This document shows positions 1 to 8,786 of a stretch of DNA of 64,000 bases, piece by piece (the first letter of the stretch is position 1; every line of letters begins with the position of its first letter). The notes beneath the pieces are model-generated. The model was given only the letters and a program-made list of their open reading frames with translations. It was not told where the DNA came from and made no database searches. Source of the DNA: a virus (Duplodnaviria > Caudoviricetes); the IMG/VR virus record IMGVR_UViG_2675903060_000001, positions 32,001 through 96,000 of that record; one strand, 5' to 3'. The position numbers were made by a program, and so were the translations under genes.

Positions 1-241
1 CGACGAGGGTGTCTCCGGCTTGGAGGAAGGCGTGGCACGCTTGGAGCTCGGGGCGCTGGGCGGTCTTGCCGGACTTCTTGTCGGCGAAGATGCGTCGGCA
101 CCCGGCGGCCTTGAGTGCGTCGATCTGGCGGTCGAGGATCTGTCCGCCGGTGGAGACGCGGGCGTAGCCGATGCAGATCTCGGTGGGGCGCGCGGGGAAG
201 GTCGCGAGGAGGTCGTCTGGGGGCTGGAGGTTGTCGGTCAC
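1..241 (-). CDS. Small serine recombinase (resolvase/invertase family), 3' end truncated by window edge
   Basis: Manual translation: MTDNL...[43 protein letters not shown]...GDTLV; catalytic YARVS motif. Confidence 0.93.
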   Translation of the reverse strand, partial: MTDNLQPPDDLLATFPARPTEICIGYARVSTGGQILDRQIDALKAAGCRRIFADKKSGKTAQRPELQACHAFLQAGDTLV

Positions 242-253
242 CCTCGAATCCTC

Positions 254-370
254 TCAAGAAACGGTGTTCGGGGGTTGTTGAACGCCCAAGGTTATTGAAT
301 AAGTTTTTGAGGGGTTTGGGGGCTCTTTTCGAGGCCCTGTGATCATCCTCAAAAAACGATCGTTTTTTGA
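254..370. promoter_or_regulatory. res-like resolvase binding/crossover region
   Basis: AT-rich; perfect 22-bp palindrome TCAAAAAACGATCGTTTTTTGA (349-370) plus related half-sites TCAAGAAAC (254), GTTGTTGA (274), GTTATTGA (291), GTTTTTGA (303) directly upstream of the resolvase. Confidence 0.7.
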
Positions 371-442
371 AAGCGTAGATGGCCGACTTGATCATGGTTG
401 GCGGTCTAGCATCGCGAGTGAACCAATCTCCTCGCGAAAGAG

Positions 443-853
443 ATGATCATGAGCGAAGCTCCCGGCGAACCGTCCTGGATCGCCACGCACACCCGCTACG
501 GCGTCCGGTACACCGACGCCACCGCCGAGTCGCGCATCGCCTACGACCCGGACGAGTACGACCCGTACAATCGCGCCTTCGCCGCCACGCGCTGCCGGGG
601 CATCCGCTCGGAGCAGGAGGATCGCGGCATCCCCGTGGACGCCACCCTCATGCGGCGGCTGCCCGGCGGCGAGTGGGAAGAAGACACGGAGTGGGCGGCC
701 GACATCCAGGCGTGGGACGAGTACGTCGCCAAGATGAACGCCCTCGACGCGGCGGACGACGTCCAGAGCATGACGGACCTCCGTTACGGCCGGGACCGGT
801 GGCTGGCAAACCGCCGTAAGGAACTCCTCGCGGCGGGCGGTGAGGCCCGATGA
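443..853 (+). CDS. Hypothetical protein
   Basis: GC3-rich ORF, first of coupled array, ends GGEAR. Confidence 0.75.
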   Translation: MIMSEAPGEPSWIATHTRYGVRYTDATAESRIAYDPDEYDPYNRAFAATRCRGIRSEQEDRGIPVDATLMRRLPGGEWEEDTEWAADIQAWDEYVAKMNALDAADDVQSMTDLRYGRDRWLANRRKELLAAGGEAR

Positions 854-1128
854 GCCGCCCCATCATCACCACCGTGTCGGAGGTCAAAGCGCTGGCCGAC
901 TCCCGGCGCCGCGCTGGGTTACCCGCCACGCCGCTGCCCGCCGGCCTGACCATCCGAGGCGTCGATGTCCGCGAAGCGAAGGACATCCTCCGGGGCGCCT
1001 TCGTCTCCGCGCCCACCACCGTCCACATCTCCAGCCGTGACGAAGGTGTCTACGTCGAGCACGCCGACCCGGCGGTCATCGCGGAGCTTCGGGAGGAGCT
1101 GCGCGTCGGAGGGTGGGACGTCCGATGA
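850..1128 (+). CDS. Hypothetical protein
   Basis: ATGA overlap with upstream gene. Confidence 0.7.
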   Translation: MSRPIITTVSEVKALADSRRRAGLPATPLPAGLTIRGVDVREAKDILRGAFVSAPTTVHISSRDEGVYVEHADPAVIAELREELRVGGWDVR

Positions 1129-1424
1129 GCCTGCGCACCACGCTCTCACCCGAGAAGCTGGCCGAGCTGGCGGCCGAGGGAAAGGCCGAGGCGGCACGGA
1201 GCCCGTTCGTGAACCCTGACGCCGTTGCCGCGTCCAAGAAGATCCTGCGCGAGCGGGGCGAGGTCTGGGCGGCGAGCGTCCTGATGCGGGACCTGTCCCG
1301 CCGGTCGCTGGCACTCCCGCAGTACCCGTGGCTGGAGGACGGGGAGCTGGAGACCCTGATCCTGGCCGACCGCGCCGAGTGGGACCAGCTCGCCGCCGCG
1401 GCCCAGGGCGGTGAGGCTCGATGA
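1125..1424 (+). CDS. Hypothetical protein
   Basis: ATGA overlap; start reassigned to 1125 (MSLRTT); ends GGEAR. Confidence 0.75.
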   Translation: MSLRTTLSPEKLAELAAEGKAEAARSPFVNPDAVAASKKILRERGEVWAASVLMRDLSRRSLALPQYPWLEDGELETLILADRAEWDQLAAAAQGGEAR

Positions 1425-1648
1425 GCGACGTGCTCAATGTCGTTGCAGTCGGCCACCACGGCGACGAGCTGTTCGACAACGCGCTCGCCCAGGGCCGCGC
1501 GCACTTCGGGGATGACGCCATTCTGGAGGCGGACCTCGACCACGAGAGGTCAGAGCGTGAGCGGGGGACCGTCCCGCCCGAGGCTGAGGCGTCGAACATG
1601 CCGTTCTTCGCCTACGCCGTGGTGCGCAAGGTTGGTGAGGCTCGATGA
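1421..1648 (+). CDS. Hypothetical protein
   Basis: ATGA overlap; ends GEAR. Confidence 0.7.
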   Translation: MSDVLNVVAVGHHGDELFDNALAQGRAHFGDDAILEADLDHERSERERGTVPPEAEASNMPFFAYAVVRKVGEAR

Positions 1649-1830
1649 GCGCCGTCACCTACGTGGTCACAGTGGACCACGACACGGCCGAGAACGTGGA
1701 GCGCGCTGCCCGCGATCTCGACCTCTACCCAGAGCAGGTGCTGGCGATGCTGGCGGGCCGGGTCGAGGTGGAGTCCGGCGGCCGGCTGGCCCTGTCCGGC
1801 GAGTGCGACGAAGGGGCTGAGGCTCGATGA
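1645..1830 (+). CDS. Hypothetical protein
   Basis: ATGA overlap; ends AEAR. Confidence 0.7.
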   Translation: MSAVTYVVTVDHDTAENVERAARDLDLYPEQVLAMLAGRVEVESGGRLALSGECDEGAEAR

Positions 1831-2117
1831 GCGCGCCGCCCGTCACCGCGTTCGCCGAGACCGCCGCCCTTTACCACCTCCTCAACGAGGACCTGGCCGA
1901 GGCACGCCGCATCATCGGCGACATGCTCCCCGGCGAGCGGCGGGTGTACGCCGAGCAGCTTGAGCGGCTGCGCGCGATGGTCGGTCAGTCGTGCGAGGAG
2001 TGCGGGGCGCTGACCCCGGCTGCCGAGATCGTGACGGTCCGGCCGCTCGGACCGAATCGGCTCCACCTTTGCCGGGCGTGCGCCGGCATGCCCTCCAGGG
2101 GCGGTGAGGCCGGATGA
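1827..2117 (+). CDS. Hypothetical protein with C-terminal Zn-finger (CEEC...CRAC)
   Basis: Two CxxC motifs; ATGA overlap. Confidence 0.7.
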   Translation: MSAPPVTAFAETAALYHLLNEDLAEARRIIGDMLPGERRVYAEQLERLRAMVGQSCEECGALTPAAEIVTVRPLGPNRLHLCRACAGMPSRGGEAG

Positions 2118-2497
2118 GCCTCATCGTCTACAAGACCGCGCCCGACCGCGACTGCTACGTGCTGTGGCGGACGAGCAGCGATTCGCCGGTGTTCATCGGC
2201 GACCGCGCCAAGACCGCCGCCCGGCTCCGGCCGGAGTGCGGCCACCCCTCGCTCGCAGAGCAGAAACTGGCCCTGGCCGACCAGACCGGCAGCTCGCACA
2301 TCGATGGCGAGGGCGGCTGGGACCACGAGGGAGTGGCCGCTGGCGGCGGGTGCTTCCCGGACGGGGAGATGCGGTTCGTGCCCCGGTCGAACCTGGAGGC
2401 GTTCGTGCGGGCCGCCGACGCGGGTGACGTGGAGCGGATGCTCTCGTTGGCCACGGAGATGCAGGAGTCGCACGGGTCGGTCGGAGGTGGCTTCTGA
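2114..2497 (+). CDS. Hypothetical protein
   Basis: ATGA overlap; ends GSVGGGF. Confidence 0.7.
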   Translation: MSLIVYKTAPDRDCYVLWRTSSDSPVFIGDRAKTAARLRPECGHPSLAEQKLALADQTGSSHIDGEGGWDHEGVAAGGGCFPDGEMRFVPRSNLEAFVRAADAGDVERMLSLATEMQESHGSVGGGF

Positions 2498-2778
2498 TGG
2501 CGCTCACCGAAGCCGAGCGGCTGGAGCGGATCGCTTCGCTGATCCCGACGTGCCCGCCGCCCGATGTCTGGAACGGCATGGACCGGTGCCCGAACCACGG
2601 GGGCCGGTGGCCGTGCGCGCAGACCGAGGCGAACTGGCTCGCCCGCGGCCTCGACCGGTCGGAGGCGCAGCGGGCGGCGCTGGACGCGCTGCCGAAGCCC
2701 GCCGACTACTACGCCGGCCCGGACGAGGAGTACGACCCGGCCGAGGACGTGCGCGGGTCGGTCGGGGGTGGCTTCTGA
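2497..2778 (+). CDS. Hypothetical protein (C/H-rich, WPC motif)
   Basis: TGATG overlap; ends GSVGGGF. Confidence 0.7.
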   Translation: MALTEAERLERIASLIPTCPPPDVWNGMDRCPNHGGRWPCAQTEANWLARGLDRSEAQRAALDALPKPADYYAGPDEEYDPAEDVRGSVGGGF

Positions 2779-2969
2779 TGGCCGCCCGCACTATGCCGCC
2801 GCCGACGCACGAGTACGCCGGAAGCGACACGGAACGGCAGTCGGTCGGCGCCCCAGGCCACTGCGAGGCGTGCGCCATCCACGGTCATGTGGTGGCGCAC
2901 CCGGAGCTGGGGTGCGGGGATGTTGGCTGCTATCGGCACCACCCCGAGGCCGAGGGCGGCGATGGCTGA
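2778..2969 (+). CDS. Small Cys/His-rich hypothetical protein
   Basis: TGATG overlap; HCEAC...H..H...CGDVGC. Confidence 0.6.
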   Translation: MAARTMPPPTHEYAGSDTERQSVGAPGHCEACAIHGHVVAHPELGCGDVGCYRHHPEAEGGDG

Positions 2970-3196
2970 TGAGCCGTAAGCCGAGCCTGGCGCAGCGGGC
3001 AGTGCTGGAACGCTGTCGCGACGAGCAGGTGTGGTACGACTACCTGCACCCTCGCCGGTCCGGTGTCGGTGCTCGGACGTTCGATGCGTTGTTCGACGCG
3101 GGCTGGATCGCCTACGGAGGGGAACGCGGGAGCTCGCGTCTGCTGGTGCTGACCGAGGCGGGCCGCGCGGTCCTCGACGCGGAGGATGCGTCATGA
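2969..3196 (+). CDS. Small winged-helix-like protein
   Basis: RTFDALFDAGWI...LTEAGRAVL pattern; TGATG overlap. Confidence 0.6.
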   Translation: MSRKPSLAQRAVLERCRDEQVWYDYLHPRRSGVGARTFDALFDAGWIAYGGERGSSRLLVLTEAGRAVLDAEDAS

Positions 3197-3441
3197 CCCC
3201 GCGTCTCACCCCGCGCCGGTTGGAGTTCCTTCAGCTCCTTGCCAAGGAGGGGAAGGCGCTGCTGTACGCCTCGTACGAGGACATCCCGGGGTACGGGCTG
3301 AACAAGGCCGACGTGGACGCGCTGGTCACCTTGGGCTTCATCACGGTGGGAGAGCCGACCTGGCATCGCAATACGGTGCGCGAGACGGTGCTCACCGACG
3401 CGGGCCGGGCTGAGCTGGAGCGGCGTGGGAACTCGTCATGA
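3193..3441 (+). CDS. Small winged-helix-like protein
   Basis: VDALVTLGFI...LTDAGRAEL pattern, resembles preceding gene; GGAGG RBS. Confidence 0.6.
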   Translation: MTPRLTPRRLEFLQLLAKEGKALLYASYEDIPGYGLNKADVDALVTLGFITVGEPTWHRNTVRETVLTDAGRAELERRGNSS

Positions 3442-3668
3442 GATCCGAGGAGATCGCCACGCTGCTCCCAGGTGACCGCATCTGGCAGTGGACGTGGACA
3501 GGAGGTAACACGTCCGGGGTTCTGCCGATGACCGTGGTCCGGGTCAACCTTGTGACGGTGACCGTGGACACTGATGCGGGGGATCGTGTTCGTGTCCCTC
3601 ATGATGTGATCGAGGGTCGGGTGGACTGGGAAGAGGCCCGGCCAAGTGATCAACGCCGACCGGAATGA
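3438..3668 (+). CDS. Hypothetical protein (SH3/KOW-like beta pattern)
   Basis: ATGA overlap; LPGDRI...VVRVNLVTVTV. Confidence 0.6.
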   Translation: MRSEEIATLLPGDRIWQWTWTGGNTSGVLPMTVVRVNLVTVTVDTDAGDRVRVPHDVIEGRVDWEEARPSDQRRPE

Positions 3669-3704
3669 TCTTCGCGTGCTGGCTGGCTTGCGTGGCCTGC
3701 CAGC

Positions 3705-3810
3705 ACGCGCGGGAAGGTCTTCATGGTCGCGGCTGACAGGCGTTCTGGCCTGGCCTGATGCCTGGTAAGGCTCTCATGGTGAGGCGCTGAGAATCGCTCT
3801 CAGCGCCTCA
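3705..3810. repeat. Copy 1 of a ~100-bp non-coding element also at 53299-53399
   Basis: Identical 26-mer ACGCGCGGGAAGGTCTTCATGGTCGC and 15-mer GAGAATCGCTCTCAG at similar spacing; flanking hairpins. Confidence 0.75.
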
Positions 3811-3817
3811 CTTATTT

Positions 3818-4117
3818 TCATGATCGTTTGAAGCGTGGGACCTTCCCATACCGGTCCCGCAGGGACTCCGCCGGAACCTGCGACAACCGCTCACCGGGCA
3901 CCCACTCGACGTGCTTCACATGGACCGCCCCCGCGTCCGTCCGCGTCGTCACCACCCACGTCACCAGCCCCTCCCACGCCTTCGGGCCGACCTGCCGCCA
4001 CGCCAGCAGGAACACCGCCCGGTCGTAGAACTCGCCCTCCGGCGCGTACGTCACCAGCGGCGGCACCAGCACCGGGAACGCGTCATCGTCGTACGGGTTC
4101 GGCTGCCTGGCGTCCAC
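3818..4117 (-). CDS. Hypothetical protein
   Basis: Protein-like composition, fills intergenic gap. Confidence 0.6.
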   Translation of the reverse strand: MDARQPNPYDDDAFPVLVPPLVTYAPEGEFYDRAVFLLAWRQVGPKAWEGLVTWVVTTRTDAGAVHVKHVEWVPGERLSQVPAESLRDRYGKVPRFKRS

Positions 4118-4140
4118 TTCGTCACCCTAGCGAGGACCTG

Positions 4141-4755
4141 ATGCGGCACATCGAGTACCTGCCCCTCCCCGAGATCGTCCGAGCCGTGCGGAACCCGAAG
4201 GAGCACGACCTCCCCACCATCCGCAAGTCGATCCAGAAGTGGGGCTGCACCCTCGCCGGCGAGCTGGACGACCGCACCGGCCGCCTCGTCGCCGGGCACG
4301 GGCGCCTCCTGGTGCTGGAGGAGCTGGTTGCCGATGGCGGGTCGCCGCCCGAGGGCGTGAAGATCGGGGACGACGGGGTGTGGCTGGTGCCGATCCTGCG
4401 CGGCTGGTCCTCCCGCTCGGACGCGGACGCGGAGGGCTACCTGGTGGCGAATAACTCGACGTCGGAACGCGGCGGGTGGGACCGCGGCGCCCTCGCCGAC
4501 ATGCTGACCGACATCTACGAGGCCGACGAGGAGCTGCTGGCCGCGACCGGCTACGACCCCACGGACATCGAGGACCTGGTGCCCGCCGACCTCGGGGACG
4601 CGCCGCCCGCTCCCGTCCCCCAGTCGGGGCCTGTCGAGCGGGTCGAGCCGCCGGACGTGTGGGGCGTCATCGTCACCTGCGCCACCGAAGAGGAGCAGGT
4701 CGAACTCCTGGAGCGGCTGGCCGCCGAAGGCCGCTCCGTCCGAGCCCTCATGTGA
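4141..4755 (+). CDS. ParB/Srx-like N-terminal domain protein (phage DNA-modification associated)
   Basis: RNPKEHD...SIQKWG...GRLVAGHGRL...YLVANN..E.GGWD motifs; GAGG RBS. Confidence 0.8.
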   Translation: MRHIEYLPLPEIVRAVRNPKEHDLPTIRKSIQKWGCTLAGELDDRTGRLVAGHGRLLVLEELVADGGSPPEGVKIGDDGVWLVPILRGWSSRSDADAEGYLVANNSTSERGGWDRGALADMLTDIYEADEELLAATGYDPTDIEDLVPADLGDAPPAPVPQSGPVERVEPPDVWGVIVTCATEEEQVELLERLAAEGRSVRALM

Positions 4756-4806
4756 GCGGGCAGAAGTAGTGATCTCGTGACTCGTATGCCAGGTGATCGA
4801 GTTCTT

Positions 4807-5421
4807 CTACTCGATCGCGCGGGGGATTATCTGGTGAAGACGGTGCAGGAGCTCCGTGATCGAGGTCTCCAATTGGCCACCCTGCACTCGGATATCTTCG
4901 TCGCGGAAAAGAGGACGCGTCCCTCTGATAACTCGGACAGCTACAAGAAGCTCGACTAGGTCGTTGAGTGTCGTCCCCTGTTGTCCTTTGAAGACGCCCG
5001 TCCTGAGCTTCTCCCAGTAGGGTGCAGGGATGTCGCTCTTAGGGTCTATCTCTCGGCCCACCCTCCCATAGAACTCGTCCATCTCCCCGAAGATGGTGCT
5101 TAAACGGCTCGCCACCTCCTCCTCCATCATGCGACGGTACCCAAAAGTGAGTTTCCGCCGGACAGGTAGGTTGTCGGCCACATACCTGGGCAGCGCGATC
5201 AGGCGGACGTTCTGCTGCGGCTTCGGCTTCTGGTGGCTGGCCCCCCGCCATGCTGCTGCGGCAGCCAAGAAGGCACTGATCCCCGAGATGAGTGCCGAGA
5301 GGGCGGTGACGATGGAGTTGATGTCCTCCGCGCCGGTGAGCTGACTGACCGTAGCGGTGAGAAGAAACCCGCCAGCAATGAGGAGCACAATCACAACGAG
5401 GGCCAGACCGATGCGGCGCAT
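4807..5421 (-). CDS. Two-TM membrane protein (lower-GC moron)
   Basis: MRRIGLALVVIVLLIAGGFLL and a second hydrophobic helix; atypical codon usage; 3' part of the tracked ORF 4807..6708. Confidence 0.55.
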   Translation of the reverse strand: MRRIGLALVVIVLLIAGGFLLTATVSQLTGAEDINSIVTALSALISGISAFLAAAAAWRGASHQKPKPQQNVRLIALPRYVADNLPVRRKLTFGYRRMMEEEVASRLSTIFGEMDEFYGRVGREIDPKSDIPAPYWEKLRTGVFKGQQGTTLNDLVELLVAVRVIRGTRPLFRDEDIRVQGGQLETSITELLHRLHQIIPRAIE

Positions 5422-5565
5422 GGACAGATCATCTCCCAAGCCATCGGCGAAAGCCCAGCGTTTGGAGAGAGTGACGCCCGTCTCGCCCAAGCCCCATTCG
5501 GCGGTGCATCCAGCGATGGATGCGGAAACACCACAGCCCCTATGACCTGACGGAGGAGAGCGCTC

Positions 5566-6669
5566 GTGCGCGCGGACATCACCCTCGCCACCCCCGTACG
5601 CCGCACCGCCCGCGTCCTCCAGCTTCAGGGCATGTTCGACGTGCCGCTGGAGGAGAAGCTGACGAACTCCTGGTCGGTGCACCTGCCCATCGAGGAACGG
5701 CGGTGGAACGTCGGCCTGATCGTCGGCCCGTCTGGGTCCGGCAAGTCCACGATCGCCAACGAGCTGTGGCCCGGCCGGCTGGTCAAGGACCATCCGTGGG
5801 GGGACCGGGCGCTCGTGGACGACTTCCCGCCCGGCATGGGCATCAAGGACATCGTCGGCCTGCTGACTGCGGTGGGCCTGTCGTCGCCGCCGGCGTGGCT
5901 CCGGCCGTACAAGACGCTCAGCAATGGGGAGGCGTTCCGCGCGAGCATGGCCCGCGCGCTCGCCGAGCACAAGGGCCTGCTGGTCGTGGACGAATTCACG
6001 TCCGTGGTGGACCGGCAGGTCGCCAAGGTCGCGAGTCACGCCGTGGCGAAGTCTGTCCGCCGTGACGGGCGGCAGCTCGTCGCGGTGACGTGCCACTACG
6101 ACGTGGTGGACTGGCTCCAGCCGGACTGGGTGTACGACGTGGCGACCGGGTCGTTCGAGTGGAGGTCGGTTCAACCCCGGCCACGGCTCCAGCTCGACAT
6201 CCACGCGGCCGACCGGAGTCTCTGGCAGATGTTTCGCCACCATCACTATCTGAGCAGCGACATCAGCAACGCTGCCCAATGCTTCGCCGGGTGCATCGAT
6301 GGCAAACCGGTAGCTTTCGCTGCCTACAGGCATTTTCAGCACCCGAAGGTGCGTGACATCAAACTCGGTCACCGCTTGGTGGTGCTGCCGGACTTCCAAG
6401 GACTGTCGATCGGCGGGCACCTGGAAGACTGGCTCGGCCAGCACCTGCATGCGCAGGGGTTCCGGTACCGGAATGTGACGTCGCACCCGGCGTTGATCGC
6501 CTACATGGAGCGCAGCCCGCGGTGGCAGCGGCAGGGCCGCGCGACCAAGCTCCACACCAGCTCGAAGCGGCGGAACCAGCATGCGAACACGCTGGACCCG
6601 CGCCGGCTCGGCCTGGTGTCGTTCGAGTACGTCCCGGCCGCGCCCGCGCGGGCGGCGCGACCGCGTTAG
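5566..6669 (+). CDS. ABC-type ATPase fused to GNAT/Mom-like acetyltransferase
   Basis: Walker A GPSGSGKST, signature LSNGE, Walker B VVDEFTS; C-terminal HHYLS and RLVVLPDFQGLSIG acetyl-CoA motif. Confidence 0.85.
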   Translation: MRADITLATPVRRTARVLQLQGMFDVPLEEKLTNSWSVHLPIEERRWNVGLIVGPSGSGKSTIANELWPGRLVKDHPWGDRALVDDFPPGMGIKDIVGLLTAVGLSSPPAWLRPYKTLSNGEAFRASMARALAEHKGLLVVDEFTSVVDRQVAKVASHAVAKSVRRDGRQLVAVTCHYDVVDWLQPDWVYDVATGSFEWRSVQPRPRLQLDIHAADRSLWQMFRHHHYLSSDISNAAQCFAGCIDGKPVAFAAYRHFQHPKVRDIKLGHRLVVLPDFQGLSIGGHLEDWLGQHLHAQGFRYRNVTSHPALIAYMERSPRWQRQGRATKLHTSSKRRNQHANTLDPRRLGLVSFEYVPAAPARAARPR

Positions 6670-7058
6670 AAGCTGATCGCGGACGTCGTGTTGTGCACCG
6701 CCCGCCACGCGTGGGCGAGGTGCTTGGCGGCTTCGAGCGCCTGGTCAAGGGACGACTGCGCGGCGGCGACCGCCTGCTCGGGGTGCCCCTCGTACGGCCC
6801 GTGCGTGACCCGAAGCTCCCCCTCCGCCTGGTGGCGGGCCAGGAACTCGCCGAGCTGCCGGGTGAGCTGGTCCAGCCGTTCGGCGGCGGCGCGGATCTCA
6901 CCTGCGACCGAAGCGACGTCGGCGGGGGACTCCAGGCCGTCCGCGCCCTCACGGGTGGCGTAGTTGAGGACGCGCATGCCCTCGGCGACGGCCTGGGCGA
7001 CTTCGAGCGTGTAGCCGGAGCTGTGCGGGCCATCGGCGTTCAACGTGACGGTCGTCAT
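6666..7058 (-). CDS. Hypothetical helical protein
   Basis: GC3-rich frame MTTVTLNADGPHS...; convergent with upstream gene. Confidence 0.65.
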   Translation of the reverse strand: MTTVTLNADGPHSSGYTLEVAQAVAEGMRVLNYATREGADGLESPADVASVAGEIRAAAERLDQLTRQLGEFLARHQAEGELRVTHGPYEGHPEQAVAAAQSSLDQALEAAKHLAHAWRAVHNTTSAISF

Positions 7059-7127
7059 GCCCGTCATGCTCGCACTCGGGCGCGGTCGGGCGCTCGCGCT
7101 TCCCCTCACCCATCCAGGAGTTCCGTC

Positions 7128-8186
7128 ATGCGCTGGCATACCACCGACTACCTCAACCGGGACGACGATCCCCGCCCCGGCCGCCGCGTGCACCGCGGCT
7201 TCTGGCTGGAGGAGTTGCCCCGTCTGATGCTGGTCTGCCGCCTGCGAGGCCACCGGCCGGTCGTGGACGGGTATGGTCCGACGCCGCCGGGGACGGGCGC
7301 GGCGCGGTGGGTGGTGTGCGACCGGTGCGGTGTCCGGCCAGAGCCGCAAGGCCGCCTCGACCCGGACGGGTGGCGCATCGGCCAGCCGTACGACGGCCCG
7401 TACGCCGGCGAGGAGATGAACGACCCGCTGCTGCGGACGCTGCTCGGCCCCGGCAACACGTTCGTCCGGGGCGGCATGCATCTGCCCGGAACGTGGCCGG
7501 GCAAGCCGACCGGGACGCTCGGCGGGGAGCTGGTCATCGGGAAGACGTGGGACCTGCTCTCCGTCCAAGTGAAGGTCGGCAACGCGGGCAGCGAGCACGT
7601 CCTCGCCGCCCATCTGGGGGTGTGGCCGTTCGGCATCCTCTACCTGCACACCGAACGGTTCGGCACCTGGTTGCAGCGCCGCCTGAACCCGACCGGCTAC
7701 GAGTCGCGCGTGATCGGCCTCGACATCGGCGGGTGGAAGATTCGCACGCAGGTGTGGGCTCGGCGTGACCACTGGTCTCGCGACGACCCGTGGTGGATGC
7801 ATGGCCGGATCAGCCTGGACCTGGTGGAGAAGGTGTTCGGGCGGAAGCGGTACAGCTACACCGACCACGACACCTCGGACGGGCTCGTCTGCCTCGGGAA
7901 CGGCGAAGTGCACCCGGTGCGGCTCACGCTCCAGCGGCAACGGCTCGGCCGGCCCCGGCTGGAGTGGCGTGCCCGCTACTCATGGGTGGTCGAGTGGGTC
8001 GCCGCCGACAGTGAAGGCATCCCGGTCCGGCCCGGCCGCGGCACCGTGTCGGCGGCGGTCGAGGTGGACGACGACGCGGTCACCAGCGGCCAATGGGGGC
8101 CTGCCGCACGCGCGGCCATCGCCGAGAAGATCGCCCAGGAGCGCGCCCGGTACGGCTACCGGGCGCCAACAGGAACGGAGAACTGA
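7128..8186 (+). CDS. Hypothetical protein
   Basis: AGGAG RBS before ATG 7128; CxxC motif. Confidence 0.7.
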   Translation: MRWHTTDYLNRDDDPRPGRRVHRGFWLEELPRLMLVCRLRGHRPVVDGYGPTPPGTGAARWVVCDRCGVRPEPQGRLDPDGWRIGQPYDGPYAGEEMNDPLLRTLLGPGNTFVRGGMHLPGTWPGKPTGTLGGELVIGKTWDLLSVQVKVGNAGSEHVLAAHLGVWPFGILYLHTERFGTWLQRRLNPTGYESRVIGLDIGGWKIRTQVWARRDHWSRDDPWWMHGRISLDLVEKVFGRKRYSYTDHDTSDGLVCLGNGEVHPVRLTLQRQRLGRPRLEWRARYSWVVEWVAADSEGIPVRPGRGTVSAAVEVDDDAVTSGQWGPAARAAIAEKIAQERARYGYRAPTGTEN

Positions 8187-8188
8187 TC

Positions 8189-8515
8189 ATGGCTGTGGAC
8201 ATCCGCGAGTACGAGCCCGTGGACACCGTCGTGCAGGCCGTCGAGGTCAACGGGCTCGACCTGGACGACATCGTCGCCTGGATCAACGACACGTCCAACC
8301 TGAAGGGCATCGTCGGTCAGCCCGCGCTCCGAGGCCGCAGCGCCGAGTACATCGACCTCCAGACCCCGGAGGGGATGCTGCGCGCCGTCCTGGGCGACTA
8401 CATCGTGACGGACGGCGCGGGCTCGTTCTGGAAGGAGTCGCGGTCGGTGTTCGAGCGCAGCTACAACCCGCGCGCCGGCGGCAACACCGGCGGCGAGGGC
8501 GGCGAGGGGGAGTAG
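8189..8515 (+). CDS. Phage hypothetical protein (GDY-motif family)
   Basis: VQAVE...IDLQTPEGMLRAVLGDYIV...F....VFERSY pattern. Confidence 0.7.
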   Translation: MAVDIREYEPVDTVVQAVEVNGLDLDDIVAWINDTSNLKGIVGQPALRGRSAEYIDLQTPEGMLRAVLGDYIVTDGAGSFWKESRSVFERSYNPRAGGNTGGEGGEGE

Positions 8516-8782
8516 GTGCGCGTCCAGGTGCTGCGGCTGCCGCTGTACGAGATCGGCGGCATCAGCGAGGAGCCGTTCGCGCTCATCGTGGACCAGGCCC
8601 CGGCCGAAGGCGACGGCTGGTCCACGCCCGCGCTCGCGGTGTTCGCCGAGCAGATCGGCGCCCGCGGCGTGTGGGTGACGGGGCAGACGGTGGAGATCGT
8701 GGAGCCGCACCTGCCCGACGTGGTGGACCACCTGCTGGCCGTCGAGGTGGCGGCCGACGACGCGGACGGCGGCGGCGAGTAA
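8516..8782 (+). CDS. Hypothetical phage protein
   Basis: Abuts upstream stop; PFALIVDQ. Confidence 0.65.
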   Translation: MRVQVLRLPLYEIGGISEEPFALIVDQAPAEGDGWSTPALAVFAEQIGARGVWVTGQTVEIVEPHLPDVVDHLLAVEVAADDADGGGE

Positions 8783-8786
8783 CAAC

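Noticed and set aside
1-241. Phage integrase
   Set aside because: N-terminus looks like a small resolvase/invertase with a res-like upstream region; the C-terminus is outside the window, so a large serine integrase cannot be fully excluded
349-370. Protelomerase (telRL) site of a linear phage-plasmid
   Set aside because: Short palindrome beside a serine resolvase and no protelomerase gene seen; a res site is simpler
397-405. Eighth copy of the 18-bp palindrome (GTTGGCGGT)
   Set aside because: Half-site only
4777-4959. 60-aa plus-strand ORF
   Set aside because: Overlaps the moron gene in antisense; no RBS or recognisable motif
5422-6708. 633-aa minus-strand ORF 4807..6708
   Set aside because: 5' two-thirds is the antisense shadow of the ABC-GNAT gene; only 4807-5421 looks real
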